A DNA stretch of 64,000 bases, taken from Candidatus Bathyarchaeota archaeon. GTDB taxonomy: Archaea > Thermoproteota > Bathyarchaeia > Bathyarchaeales > Bathycorpusculaceae. The notes under the pieces are model-generated. The model saw only the letters and a list, made by a program, of their open reading frames with translations. It was not told where the DNA came from and did no database searches. Position numbers and translations under genes: made by a program. Of this stretch, positions 9,657 to 18,587 are shown piece after piece. Within the stretch, counting starts at the first letter, position 1, and each line of letters starts with the position of its first letter. The stretch lies in the NCBI GenBank assembly GCA_963826715.1, contig CAWGYA010000007.1, forward strand, positions 64,001 to 128,000. The letters run 5' to 3'.

Positions 9657-9917
9657 TTGGTAAAAAGATCCACTTTTGAACAGTCCTTGGCTATCTTGGA
9701 AGTTGTGCGAACGCCAAAGATTCTAACGCATATTATGTATAAAACAAACGTTAATTGCAATGTACTCAAACCGCTTATTGAGGACCTGATGAAGAAGGGT
9801 TTAATCACCACAGTTGAGCTGCGCAAAGGAATTTCAAGAAAGCATTATGTGATTTCTCAAAATGGCATAGATGTGCTTTATGCTGTTAGAAAGGCATCGG
9901 AGTTGCTGCAGGCTTAA
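9657..9917 (+). CDS. Archaeal winged-HTH regulator
   Basis: KRS..E....ILE....THIMYKTNVN...LK..I..L...GLI...Y.I...G pattern. Start placed at TTG 9657. Confidence 0.8.
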   Translation: MVKRSTFEQSLAILEVVRTPKILTHIMYKTNVNCNVLKPLIEDLMKKGLITTVELRKGISRKHYVISQNGIDVLYAVRKASELLQA

Positions 9918-9936
9918 GGAGTATGGTTTTTTGTCG

Positions 9937-10509
9937 ATGTCGATGGAAGAGGCTTTGGGCATTAAGAAACCTGAGCCGAAAGCGCCGACTGTAGAGGATG
10001 CGTTGGAGATTGAATATTCGCCTGCTGAACTGAAGAAAATCCAGCGAGATAAGATTATTCTTGAGGAGACAGCGAATAAGGGGGCGACAATTCCTGAAAT
10101 TTACGAGATTTTACGAGAAAAGGGGCATCCTGCATGCCAAAAAACTATCTGGACAGTTCTGCACAGTGACCGCGCCACTAAGCTTAGGGAAGAGATGGAG
10201 CGTGCGCAGTGTCGGGATATTGCGCTACTGCGTGCTTATGCTTTGCAGGATAGGGATTTGAAGGCGTTGGCTGCGGCGATTGCAGCGCGTGGGCAGATGA
10301 TTAAGAATTTGACGCCTAACAGTCAGCCGAATGTGAATGTGGAAGTGAATGTCGCTAACAAAACCGAACACGTGCTCCTCGCAGAATACGCCGGTGTCAT
10401 ATCGGAAGCTGCAACTCTTAACAGCAATCTTTCAAGAGTACGTGTTGGAGAATCCTTGGATTCCGAATCGTCCTCATCCAATAACGGGAAAGAGCGGTCC
10501 GACGCCTAA
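9937..10509 (+). CDS. terS: Putative terminase small subunit
   Basis: HTH-like N-terminal half plus helical oligomerisation region; directly upstream of and overlapping terL. Confidence 0.55.
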   Translation: MSMEEALGIKKPEPKAPTVEDALEIEYSPAELKKIQRDKIILEETANKGATIPEIYEILREKGHPACQKTIWTVLHSDRATKLREEMERAQCRDIALLRAYALQDRDLKALAAAIAARGQMIKNLTPNSQPNVNVEVNVANKTEHVLLAEYAGVISEAATLNSNLSRVRVGESLDSESSSSNNGKERSDA

Positions 10510-11857
10510 GCAGGCAAAGTTTCTTTTGTTGCTTGATTATTTGGAGGCTTTGTTTGGTGGCGCTGCAGGAGGCGGAAAGTCGGATGCTTTGCTTATGGCT
10601 GCTGCGATGTTTCTGGATGTTCCAGGGTATGCCGCGATTATTCTTCGGCGTAGCTTCACTGACCTGAATAAGCCTGGCGCTTTAATCTCGAGGAGTTTTG
10701 AGTGGTGGGGTAAGACTGCTGCTCGTTGGGATGGGATTAATCATACATGGCATTTTCCTTCGGGTGCATCGTTGACTTTTGGTTTTTTGGAAAATGATCG
10801 GGATGTTTTTCATCATCAGAGTGCAGAGTACCAGTTTGAGGGTTGGGATGAGATCACCCAGTTTACCGAGTATTCTTATCGTTACATGATAAGTCGTATG
10901 CGTCGGCTTAAACGGTTTGAGTGGCTTCCTCTGCGTGTTCGTGCTGCATCCAATCCGCCTCATAAGATTGGGAGCGTTGTGCAGGGGTATTGGGTTAAGG
11001 GTTATTTTTTGCCCTGGTTTGTTTGCCATCGTTGCGATTTTAAAATGCAGACTGAAAACTTAGATCTCTCAATTTGCCCTGAATGTAATAGTTTTGATAG
11101 TCATGTTGAGTTTAATTGTGATGAGGAAAGCGGTGAGCCAAGGATCTTTATTCCCTCAACTTTGGATGACAACATTTTCCTCGATAAGACAAGTTACATT
11201 AAAAGTCTAAATCGGCTGGATCCGATTACCCGTGAGCAGCTGCGTCGGGGTAGCTGGAAAGTCAGTTCAAGCGGGATGCTTAAGCGGGAGTGGTTTGTTA
11301 ACGGCAAAGAGCGCCTACTTATTGATGCTTCTGCTGTGCCTGAGAAGGCTAGGCGGGTGCGTGTTTGGGATTTGGCTTGTACTGAAGAGGGCGAGGCTCC
11401 TGATCCTGACTATACAAGCGCTCTGAGAGCTGCTATGGTTGAGGGGCACATGTACATTGAGGATGTTAGGCGTTTTCGTGGCAGTCCTTCAAGGATTCAG
11501 AGCGAGATGGCGGCTTGTGCAGAATTGGATGGTCAAACAATTCCTATTCACATCGAGCAAGAAAAGGGCTCAGCTGGTAAAAACTTGATTGATCTCATTA
11601 GCCGCACTACCTTGTTGGGGTATGTGGTTGTTAGTGAGTCGCCGACTGGTGAGAAAGCTGTCAGGGCTACTCCGTTGGCGAATGCTGCTGAGCGTGGGCA
11701 CGTGCATTTGGTGCGTGGCCAGTGGAACAGTGCTTTCCTAGACGAGGCGGAGTTTTTTCCCTCGGGCAAACATAAGGACCAGATCGATACGGCTGCTTAT
11801 GCCTACAACATCTTAGCAATGGTTAAGAAAAGACCCAAGGCGGCAAATGCATCATGA
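10349..11857 (+). CDS. terL: Terminase large subunit
   Basis: Walker A GGAAGGGKS, Walker B WDE, ASNP coupling motif, nuclease WDLA...DYT and HKDQID. Confidence 0.93.
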   Translation: MSLTKPNTCSSQNTPVSYRKLQLLTAIFQEYVLENPWIPNRPHPITGKSGPTPKQAKFLLLLDYLEALFGGAAGGGKSDALLMAAAMFLDVPGYAAIILRRSFTDLNKPGALISRSFEWWGKTAARWDGINHTWHFPSGASLTFGFLENDRDVFHHQSAEYQFEGWDEITQFTEYSYRYMISRMRRLKRFEWLPLRVRAASNPPHKIGSVVQGYWVKGYFLPWFVCHRCDFKMQTENLDLSICPECNSFDSHVEFNCDEESGEPRIFIPSTLDDNIFLDKTSYIKSLNRLDPITREQLRRGSWKVSSSGMLKREWFVNGKERLLIDASAVPEKARRVRVWDLACTEEGEAPDPDYTSALRAAMVEGHMYIEDVRRFRGSPSRIQSEMAACAELDGQTIPIHIEQEKGSAGKNLIDLISRTTLLGYVVVSESPTGEKAVRATPLANAAERGHVHLVRGQWNSAFLDEAEFFPSGKHKDQIDTAAYAYNILAMVKKRPKAANAS

Positions 11858-11994
11858 AGAAACGTTTAGGAAAAATCTTTGCAGGCAAAAACAGAGTTCA
11901 GATTGCGGATCGCTTTGCAGATTTTGACCCAGAGTTCAAAGACCTGCAGAAGCAGGGCGCAATTAGGGTTTTAAGTACTGCATCGGATCGGTAG
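11854..11994 (+). CDS. 46 aa hypothetical protein between terminase and portal
   Basis: ATGA overlap with terL; ends 6 nt before the portal start. Confidence 0.45.
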   Translation: MKKRLGKIFAGKNRVQIADRFADFDPEFKDLQKQGAIRVLSTASDR

Positions 11995-12000
11995 AATATC

Positions 12001-13344
12001 TTGAGTGAGAAAAAATCTTCCTGGAAGGGGTTATCGCATTACGCTAAAGTGCTAGTTTACGGCAGCACAGTAAGTTCTCCAAAGATAGGCAAAGGCGACT
12101 TCGGAACCTCCAATACCCCAACAGACAGCGAAAACTATGCAAGTATGGATAAGGATTACCGTTGGTTCCGCCAAGATGAGCTCGTACGCAGATGCACAGT
12201 CATTAATGCTTGTTTTACTGCTTTGGCAGCTGGGTTCGAGACCACTCTTGAGCCAACAAAGCCCATAGTTGATGAGAACGAAAAGAAAGCCTTCTTAGAG
12301 AAATATCAGTACATCAAAGATTATGTCGACGCAATCAACAAAGCAGTAAACTTTGACCAGGTTCTCTTTGTAGCCCAAATTAAACGCAGCATCTTTGGGA
12401 AATGCGGGTTTGAGATCGTCTTTAAAACCGACGGCAAAACTCCCGCATACTTGATTAGTCTTCAAAGCCCAAAATTAACTCCCAAGAAAAACAAGGACTG
12501 GGAGCTCACCGGCTTTAAGTACACTGGCATCAAAGAGGGCTATGACGTCGATGAAGTCCTATATTTTGTTAACACTCAGCTAGAGAATGATTTCTTGGGG
12601 TTAAGCGATGTTGAACCTATCCGTTCAACCTGCAAAGCCAGAAATTACTTGCTCGATAAGGATTTTCCCGAGATTACCCGTCGTCTTTGGGCGCCCTATA
12701 CTTTGCTTGAAGCCGATACAGCCGATATGGCTGATGATGATGAGACCGCTTTTCTGAAAGATCTGGCAAAGATCGCAGAGGCGGGCAAGAGCACTGCAAT
12801 TAACAAGTCTGTCACTGCGCAGGTGGTTGAGTTCCGCATTAATTTAGGAGGTCTTGTGGCGTTGATGGATAAGCTTGAGGAAGGAGTTATCCGAGCGTAT
12901 GGCACGCCGCGTTTTCTGATTAACAAGACGCCTGAGAACAGGGCAACTGCTTATGTTGAGTTTGAAGCCTATGTTGAGGGGGTTATCAAGCCTAATCAGC
13001 GTTACTTCAAGCGTCTTTTGGAGTCGGAGATGTGGTATGATCGGCTAGCGAGGCTTGCTATGGAAGAGCATGGGGAGAAAATCGCTAAAGGAGTTGCTCT
13101 TCCGGTCAAGGTTAAGCAAAATTTCAAGCCAGTTAAGGCCTCTGACATCTATGCGATGGCGACGGCGGTTGCAAGTCTCTACGGTAATGGCAGCGGAGTT
13201 TTAGCTGAGTTTCCCGAGATTGCTTTTGAGATGATGAATTGGGACCAAGAGTTGCTTAAGGCAAAAGAAAAGTCTCCATCGCCTGGCAAAGCGTCAGTTG
13301 TTAAGGGCGAAGATAAGGTGGGGCATCCTACACAAAATAGTTGA
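12001..13344 (+). CDS. Portal protein
   Basis: Follows terL; 447 aa; IFGKCGFEIV, GLSDVE and AYGTPRFL match HK97-type portal patterns. Confidence 0.85.
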   Translation: MSEKKSSWKGLSHYAKVLVYGSTVSSPKIGKGDFGTSNTPTDSENYASMDKDYRWFRQDELVRRCTVINACFTALAAGFETTLEPTKPIVDENEKKAFLEKYQYIKDYVDAINKAVNFDQVLFVAQIKRSIFGKCGFEIVFKTDGKTPAYLISLQSPKLTPKKNKDWELTGFKYTGIKEGYDVDEVLYFVNTQLENDFLGLSDVEPIRSTCKARNYLLDKDFPEITRRLWAPYTLLEADTADMADDDETAFLKDLAKIAEAGKSTAINKSVTAQVVEFRINLGGLVALMDKLEEGVIRAYGTPRFLINKTPENRATAYVEFEAYVEGVIKPNQRYFKRLLESEMWYDRLARLAMEEHGEKIAKGVALPVKVKQNFKPVKASDIYAMATAVASLYGNGSGVLAEFPEIAFEMMNWDQELLKAKEKSPSPGKASVVKGEDKVGHPTQNS

Positions 13345-13382
13345 AAGCACAAACTTCATAAAGACTCATAGGCGCTCTACAC

Positions 13383-14789
13383 TTGAGAGAGAAAATGCCT
13401 AAATCAATAATATCCTCTGCACTAATTGCTATACTACTTAGCACATTCTTTGTTACCATCAACATGGATTTTGGGTTAGCTCAAAGTGGCAATATTAGTG
13501 GATCGATAACATCCAACACAACCTGGACACGAGCAGGAAGTATCTATCAGTTCACGGGTGATGTAACTGTGGCTAAGGGTGTAACGCTTACAATTGAATC
13601 TGGTGCGAGAGTGAGTTTCTCCGAAAGGTTACCATCGAAAGATTTGGTTGGCAGAGACACCTACAAGGTAGTTTCTCACTCTTTAGTGGTGGATGGTACG
13701 TTGTTAGCCAATGGAGCCGACCTCTTTAGCGAATATGGTTCTGCAATTGTCTTCTCGAACACTAGCATAGGTTCAAAGATTGAAAATACTAATGTTGATA
13801 TTTCGCAGATTTTTGTATGGGGTTCATCCCCTCAACTTGTTCACAGTTCATTCTCTGGTCACTTGTCAATTAACGGTGGCTCACCAGTAATTGATACTAA
13901 TAAATTGGGATTCACTTGGATAACAGTCGATGGCGGCTCACCCAAAATATCGCACAATACAATCGCCGACAGTGACACTCACAGCCGCCCATTTCTTTCC
14001 CTATCCGGTGCAAACAGCGCAACAGTCTCCAACAATCAAATCAGCGGGCAATTTGGTTTAGCAGCGGTTATTGTGGATTCAGGGAACCCAGTAATTGAAA
14101 AGAATTTTATCAGTAATCATAACACTGAGATTTGGCCGCTAAGAGCAGTTGGTTTAATCGTTAATGGTACTGCTAACCCAGCCATAAGAAGCAACACCAT
14201 CGCCAACAATAAAATCGGGTTAGTCGTCTTTGACACTCCAAATTCATTGACGATTACAAATAATAATTTTGAGCAGAACAGTCAATATAACATATACCTT
14301 GGACAAGAAAGCGTCTATGGAACAACCGCGCCAGACATCAATGCAGCGAACAATTGGTGGGGAACCACAGACATTGCTATAATTGCTCAATCAATCTTTG
14401 ACCACAAGAACAACAACAACCTCGGAAACGTAACAATTGAACCAATATTAACCGCCCATAACGCTGATGCAATGCCGAATGATTTGCCAACCAGCACTAC
14501 GTCTACTCCTCAACCCACAAACCCTCTTGACCCAACTGCGACTCCTACCAACCCAACAGTTGCGCCCTCACCGAGCACCAGTTCACCTTCCCAGACCCCA
14601 GTAATATCGCAAGAATGGCTCTACACCATAATCGTCGGCTTGGTATTAGTAGTGGGCGTTTTGGCTGTAACCCTAATCATAGTTATCTCTCGACATCCAA
14701 AAACATTGAAAACTCCACCGCCCCTCCGCTCTTTAAGTCATAAACTACTGTATTCCCATAAAAATACAAATATCCAAAATCAACTTTAA
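13383..14789 (+). CDS. Secreted right-handed beta-helix (NosD-like) surface protein with TM anchor (cargo)
   Basis: Signal peptide, GSITSNTTWT, repeated I.NN.I turns, INAANNWWG, Thr/Pro linker, TM helix. Confidence 0.85.
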   Translation: MREKMPKSIISSALIAILLSTFFVTINMDFGLAQSGNISGSITSNTTWTRAGSIYQFTGDVTVAKGVTLTIESGARVSFSERLPSKDLVGRDTYKVVSHSLVVDGTLLANGADLFSEYGSAIVFSNTSIGSKIENTNVDISQIFVWGSSPQLVHSSFSGHLSINGGSPVIDTNKLGFTWITVDGGSPKISHNTIADSDTHSRPFLSLSGANSATVSNNQISGQFGLAAVIVDSGNPVIEKNFISNHNTEIWPLRAVGLIVNGTANPAIRSNTIANNKIGLVVFDTPNSLTITNNNFEQNSQYNIYLGQESVYGTTAPDINAANNWWGTTDIAIIAQSIFDHKNNNNLGNVTIEPILTAHNADAMPNDLPTSTTSTPQPTNPLDPTATPTNPTVAPSPSTSSPSQTPVISQEWLYTIIVGLVLVVGVLAVTLIIVISRHPKTLKTPPPLRSLSHKLLYSHKNTNIQNQL

Positions 14790-14929
14790 CTCTAAAATAG
14801 TTCCTCATTTGAGGATTAAGGTATTATCAATTTTTAGTCATTGCATAACTTTTCTGTCCTTAAGTTCACAGTTTAGACTTTCCATTTTGTTGTTATAACC
14901 GCTTTCAAAATAAATAGAGGTAAAATTGT

Positions 14930-15985
14930 TTGTCAAAACAGCAAAACCATGAGCTAGTCTTCATTGCGGGTCTGCACCGGCTTGACGCTGCCAACAAGAA
15001 GGCAGTGTTCTACTTAATGAATACAAGCCGAAACCGGAACCGCTGGGGAGTCACACAAAAAGCGCTCGATGAGGCTTTGCCTTCGTTGTTAAAGAAGCCT
15101 CTGGGCTTGGGTAAAGATTATCAGCTGGGGCATTTTCCCGATGAGCAGAGCATCAATGTTGGGGTGTTCTCGGCTTTTGAGAATAAAGGCAACTACGCTT
15201 TGGGCACCGTAGACATAACCGATGATGAAGCCCTAGCGATGCTTGAAGCTGGCGAGTTAGGACCAATTAGTTCTGTCATTTTTCCCTATTATGATACTTG
15301 CAGCGTTTGTGGTGAAGTCTTAGATGCCAATTGGGAAAGTCACCCTTGCATAACCGAAAATAAGGCGTTCTCAGAAGTGCAATCGTTCGAGTTTCATAGG
15401 TTTGATTTTGTTGATGTGCCAGCGTATCCGCAAGCAGGCTTCATGAATTTTGCCTCTAAACGTGAGGATAAGAGTGTGCCTCTTGCGCTTTTGGCAGGCA
15501 TCTACAGCAATTCACGGTCTCCAATTTTACAGGAGCAAAATAAAGTGTCCGAAAAACAAGAGAAAGAGAATGAAAAAATAGCGGCGCTTGAGCAGAGGGC
15601 AACCAAAGCTGAAGCTGACCTCAAGAAAGCACAAGATGACGCATCAGCCAACGCAGCTAAAGTCAATGAGCTCAGTGCAGAACTCAAAGCTATCAAAGAC
15701 GAAAAGCACACTGGTCTAGTAGAGCAAGCCTACCGTGTACGTGTTGAAGCTGGCATTGCAGGCGAAGAGAAAGCAGACCGAGAAATGCTTGCTGGGTTAG
15801 ATGATAAGAATCTTAAGCTTTTCACAGTTGAGGCTCAGAAAATTGCTAAAGTTGTTTCTACTCAAGGGCATCAATCCCCCAAGAACAAGTATCAGGCGGG
15901 TGAGGAAGATGAGCTTGCAGCTGCAGTCGCAGCTAAAAGAGCAGAGCTCGGCTTGCCCGAAATAAAAAAACAGGAGAAAAAATAA
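14930..15985 (+). CDS. Prohead protease-scaffold fusion
   Basis: N-terminal HK97-like protease pattern (RNRNRW, GH, FVDVPAYPQA) and C-terminal coiled-coil; lies upstream of the capsid genes. Confidence 0.8.
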   Translation: MSKQQNHELVFIAGLHRLDAANKKAVFYLMNTSRNRNRWGVTQKALDEALPSLLKKPLGLGKDYQLGHFPDEQSINVGVFSAFENKGNYALGTVDITDDEALAMLEAGELGPISSVIFPYYDTCSVCGEVLDANWESHPCITENKAFSEVQSFEFHRFDFVDVPAYPQAGFMNFASKREDKSVPLALLAGIYSNSRSPILQEQNKVSEKQEKENEKIAALEQRATKAEADLKKAQDDASANAAKVNELSAELKAIKDEKHTGLVEQAYRVRVEAGIAGEEKADREMLAGLDDKNLKLFTVEAQKIAKVVSTQGHQSPKNKYQAGEEDELAAAVAAKRAELGLPEIKKQEKK

Positions 15986-15986
15986 T

Positions 15987-16451
15987 TTGACGTTAGGAGA
16001 TTATGGACTCAAATCCGCTCTTCTTGTCGTTGAAAAAATGACCATGAAGAGCAACACCGACGCAGTAAAGGGCAAACTCTACGCTGACGACGGCGCAGGC
16101 TTAGTTCTCGCAACCGCTGCCCTAGCAGTAGTAACAAAGGTTGTTATGGCAAACGAAGATCACGACTACAGCGAAGAAACAGACCACGACATCAGCGTAA
16201 CCGTAGTGGGCTTGGTTGAATGCGCAAAAATCGCAGGCTCCGGCTTAGCACGTAAAGGCGACAAAATCATGATTTCCGCAACAGCAGGAGAATGCACAAA
16301 ATTCGTAAAGGGCACAGTCTCCCAAGCAAACACTTTTGCAACCGCAACTGATCAAGCAGCCATAGACACTAACTTGGGCAGAATCGGAACAGCCTATGAA
16401 ACCTCAGTCGACGCAGATACCACACAGAAAATGTGGTTAGGAGTCTTCTAG
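15987..16451 (+). CDS. Capsid decoration/cement protein
   Basis: Small Ala/Thr/Gly-rich beta protein between scaffold and major capsid gene. Confidence 0.6.
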   Translation: MTLGDYGLKSALLVVEKMTMKSNTDAVKGKLYADDGAGLVLATAALAVVTKVVMANEDHDYSEETDHDISVTVVGLVECAKIAGSGLARKGDKIMISATAGECTKFVKGTVSQANTFATATDQAAIDTNLGRIGTAYETSVDADTTQKMWLGVF

Positions 16452-16452
16452 T

Positions 16453-17406
16453 ATGTCTCATCCAATCAGGGTCTTTAAATCCGCTGTAGACGGCAAATTC
16501 TACAAAGCAAACTACACTGAACGAGGAAGAAACGCAAGCTTAGCTGCAGGCGGAATCGTTTCCCCAAGCGATATTGAAGCTGTCGAAGCCGTAACAATCC
16601 TGGAGCAAGTCTTAGGCTACGCATGGCCCAACTACAACCTACGCTCAATATGCCGCACCATCCAGATGGATAATCTGCAAGAACGAATCGACATCGCAAC
16701 CAAATCGACAGGTCAACGCAAAGTTAAACCTATGCAGGAAGCCGAGATCAGCAAAGACGCATTCGCACCAGTGAATTTTGACCTATGGAAGAACGTTGTT
16801 CATGTTGCAGTGGCAGATGAGGCAGGCATGAAATCAGCGCACAACATCCTGCAGCTCCAAACTGAAGCTGCTGGCAGAGATCTAGGCCGCATGGAAAACC
16901 TCGACATCAAAGACATAGCCGAAGCCTGCACAGAAAAAACAGCGAGTACCCCATATGTGGATTGGGCAGCCAAGACAAGCGGTATAAGCACAAACGATCC
17001 CTTCGATGCTATCATTCCCGCCATCGATTACATCCAGGGAAAAGGCTGGCCCGTTGACTTCATGGCATTGCACCAAACACTGTACAGCAAATTCATACGC
17101 AACACACACGTCCGAGAACTTGTTCATGCGGGCATTGCGAGTTTGGGTCCAAACGGCGGCGCCTTCACATTGCCAGGGTACCCAACAGTTAAGGTTGTCA
17201 CTGACTTTGCATTGACAGAAACTCCGGATGGCACTCATGGTCCACTCATTGGCAGTTCAGTTGCTCCAGGCTTAGTTTTCGGTGAAGGTCCAACGATGGC
17301 AGCGCAGTACCGCGACGAAGTGAAAGGTTTTGATGGCTACATCATCCGTAAGTGGCAAGAGCCCAAAGTCGTCATACAAGATGCTATCACCAAAATCTGC
17401 ACCTAG
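16453..17406 (+). CDS. Major capsid protein (HK97 fold)
   Basis: Position, 317 aa size and HK97-like pattern (E..EI, SDE-like VADE, ALHQ..Y, G.P.V). Followed by an oligo-T terminator at 17412-17425. Confidence 0.8.
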   Translation: MSHPIRVFKSAVDGKFYKANYTERGRNASLAAGGIVSPSDIEAVEAVTILEQVLGYAWPNYNLRSICRTIQMDNLQERIDIATKSTGQRKVKPMQEAEISKDAFAPVNFDLWKNVVHVAVADEAGMKSAHNILQLQTEAAGRDLGRMENLDIKDIAEACTEKTASTPYVDWAAKTSGISTNDPFDAIIPAIDYIQGKGWPVDFMALHQTLYSKFIRNTHVRELVHAGIASLGPNGGAFTLPGYPTVKVVTDFALTETPDGTHGPLIGSSVAPGLVFGEGPTMAAQYRDEVKGFDGYIIRKWQEPKVVIQDAITKICT

Positions 17407-17429
17407 ACCTCTTTTTTTCTTTTTTGTGA

Positions 17430-18050
17430 TTATTTTGGTAATGAGATCCCGTCGATGGGATCGTATGGCGCATAATATAGGTACTCACCTGGTAGAAAGG
17501 GTCCCGGGACCTGAGCCTTGTAGAAGACCATCTGTAAGCCATCTCCCATGAAGAATATGAAGTTCCAGGGCGTTCCCGAACGGAAGTAGATAGTGCTGCA
17601 GTTTATGGATTTGGCGGTGGCAGCGACTTCTGCATATGAAGTGAGCTGTGTGGCGCCTCCGCCATGGCGGTAGTAGTATTGGCCAGCATCAACCACGATC
17701 AAGCCTTGTGACTGCAAGTCGTTGACGTACCATTGTACTTTGGTTCTTCTTTCAGCGGACGCCAAAGCGTTTGGGGTAAGCAACACGACAAGCAGAATAG
17801 TGCTTGTCAGAAAAATGGCTGCAATTATTTTCATGCTCTTTTGGCTGGGGCTTCTTTTCCACAAATAAAAGAGCATAGGGATTCCTGTTCCCAGAATTAG
17901 TCCCAAAGATAACAGTTGAGTAATCGGTCCCCAAGGGCCAGGAGAATAGTTTGAACGTGGGTATCCCCATTCCAAGAGCGCATCCACTGTAATACCTATG
18001 ATTATCAAATAGCAGATTGCAATGGCTGCCTTCTTTATCTTAGACTGCAT
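17430..18050 (-). CDS. Membrane protein, three TM helices plus extracellular domain (cargo)
   Basis: Three hydrophobic segments; inverted orientation inside the virion module. Confidence 0.7.
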   Translation of the reverse strand: MQSKIKKAAIAICYLIIIGITVDALLEWGYPRSNYSPGPWGPITQLLSLGLILGTGIPMLFYLWKRSPSQKSMKIIAAIFLTSTILLVVLLTPNALASAERRTKVQWYVNDLQSQGLIVVDAGQYYYRHGGGATQLTSYAEVAATAKSINCSTIYFRSGTPWNFIFFMGDGLQMVFYKAQVPGPFLPGEYLYYAPYDPIDGISLPK

Positions 18051-18223
18051 TGATTTTCTAATTTATTGAAGAATCAGGTTTGCTTATAAATTCGCTGCCT
18101 GTAACGACTCCCTCAAGGGTGTTGCTGCTGTGCCGCTTCTTGTTCTGTTAATGGTAAGTTGCAGGTTGATTTGATGCCTTAGAACTGGTAAACATGATGT
18201 TGATGGATATGGGGTGATATGCT

Positions 18224-18583
18224 TTGGTTTCTGTTTGTCCTGACGATGTACGCGACGTACTAAATGTTACTTCCTCGGAGATTAGTGATGCCCAAGTTGC
18301 GAAGATGCTTAAAAGGGCAGCGGTAACTTTGAGCCTTGAGCTTTTTGTTGAGATAGACTATGCAGACTGTACTGATGCACAAAAAGAAGCAATTACACTC
18401 TTGGCCGCCGTTTATGGGATCTGTTTTTTGACTGGAGGTTCAGCGATGGGCTTGAACTTTCAAGTAGGCGACCTTAACGTTAATCAATCTTTCAAGGCGC
18501 CCAGCTTAGATGTGCTTGAAGGCGAGTTTTCCCGTCTACTTAACAAGTTAAAGCGAAAGCCGCCCAAAATTGTGGAGGCTTAG
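18224..18583 (+). CDS. Head-tail adaptor
   Basis: 119 aa helical protein (V.PDDVR..L, GDL.V) following the capsid gene. Confidence 0.65.
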   Translation: MVSVCPDDVRDVLNVTSSEISDAQVAKMLKRAAVTLSLELFVEIDYADCTDAQKEAITLLAAVYGICFLTGGSAMGLNFQVGDLNVNQSFKAPSLDVLEGEFSRLLNKLKRKPPKIVEA

Positions 18584-18587
18584 TTCT

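Noticed and set aside
14480-14610. Tandem repeat
   Set aside because: Low-complexity Thr/Pro linker codons, not a true DNA repeat.
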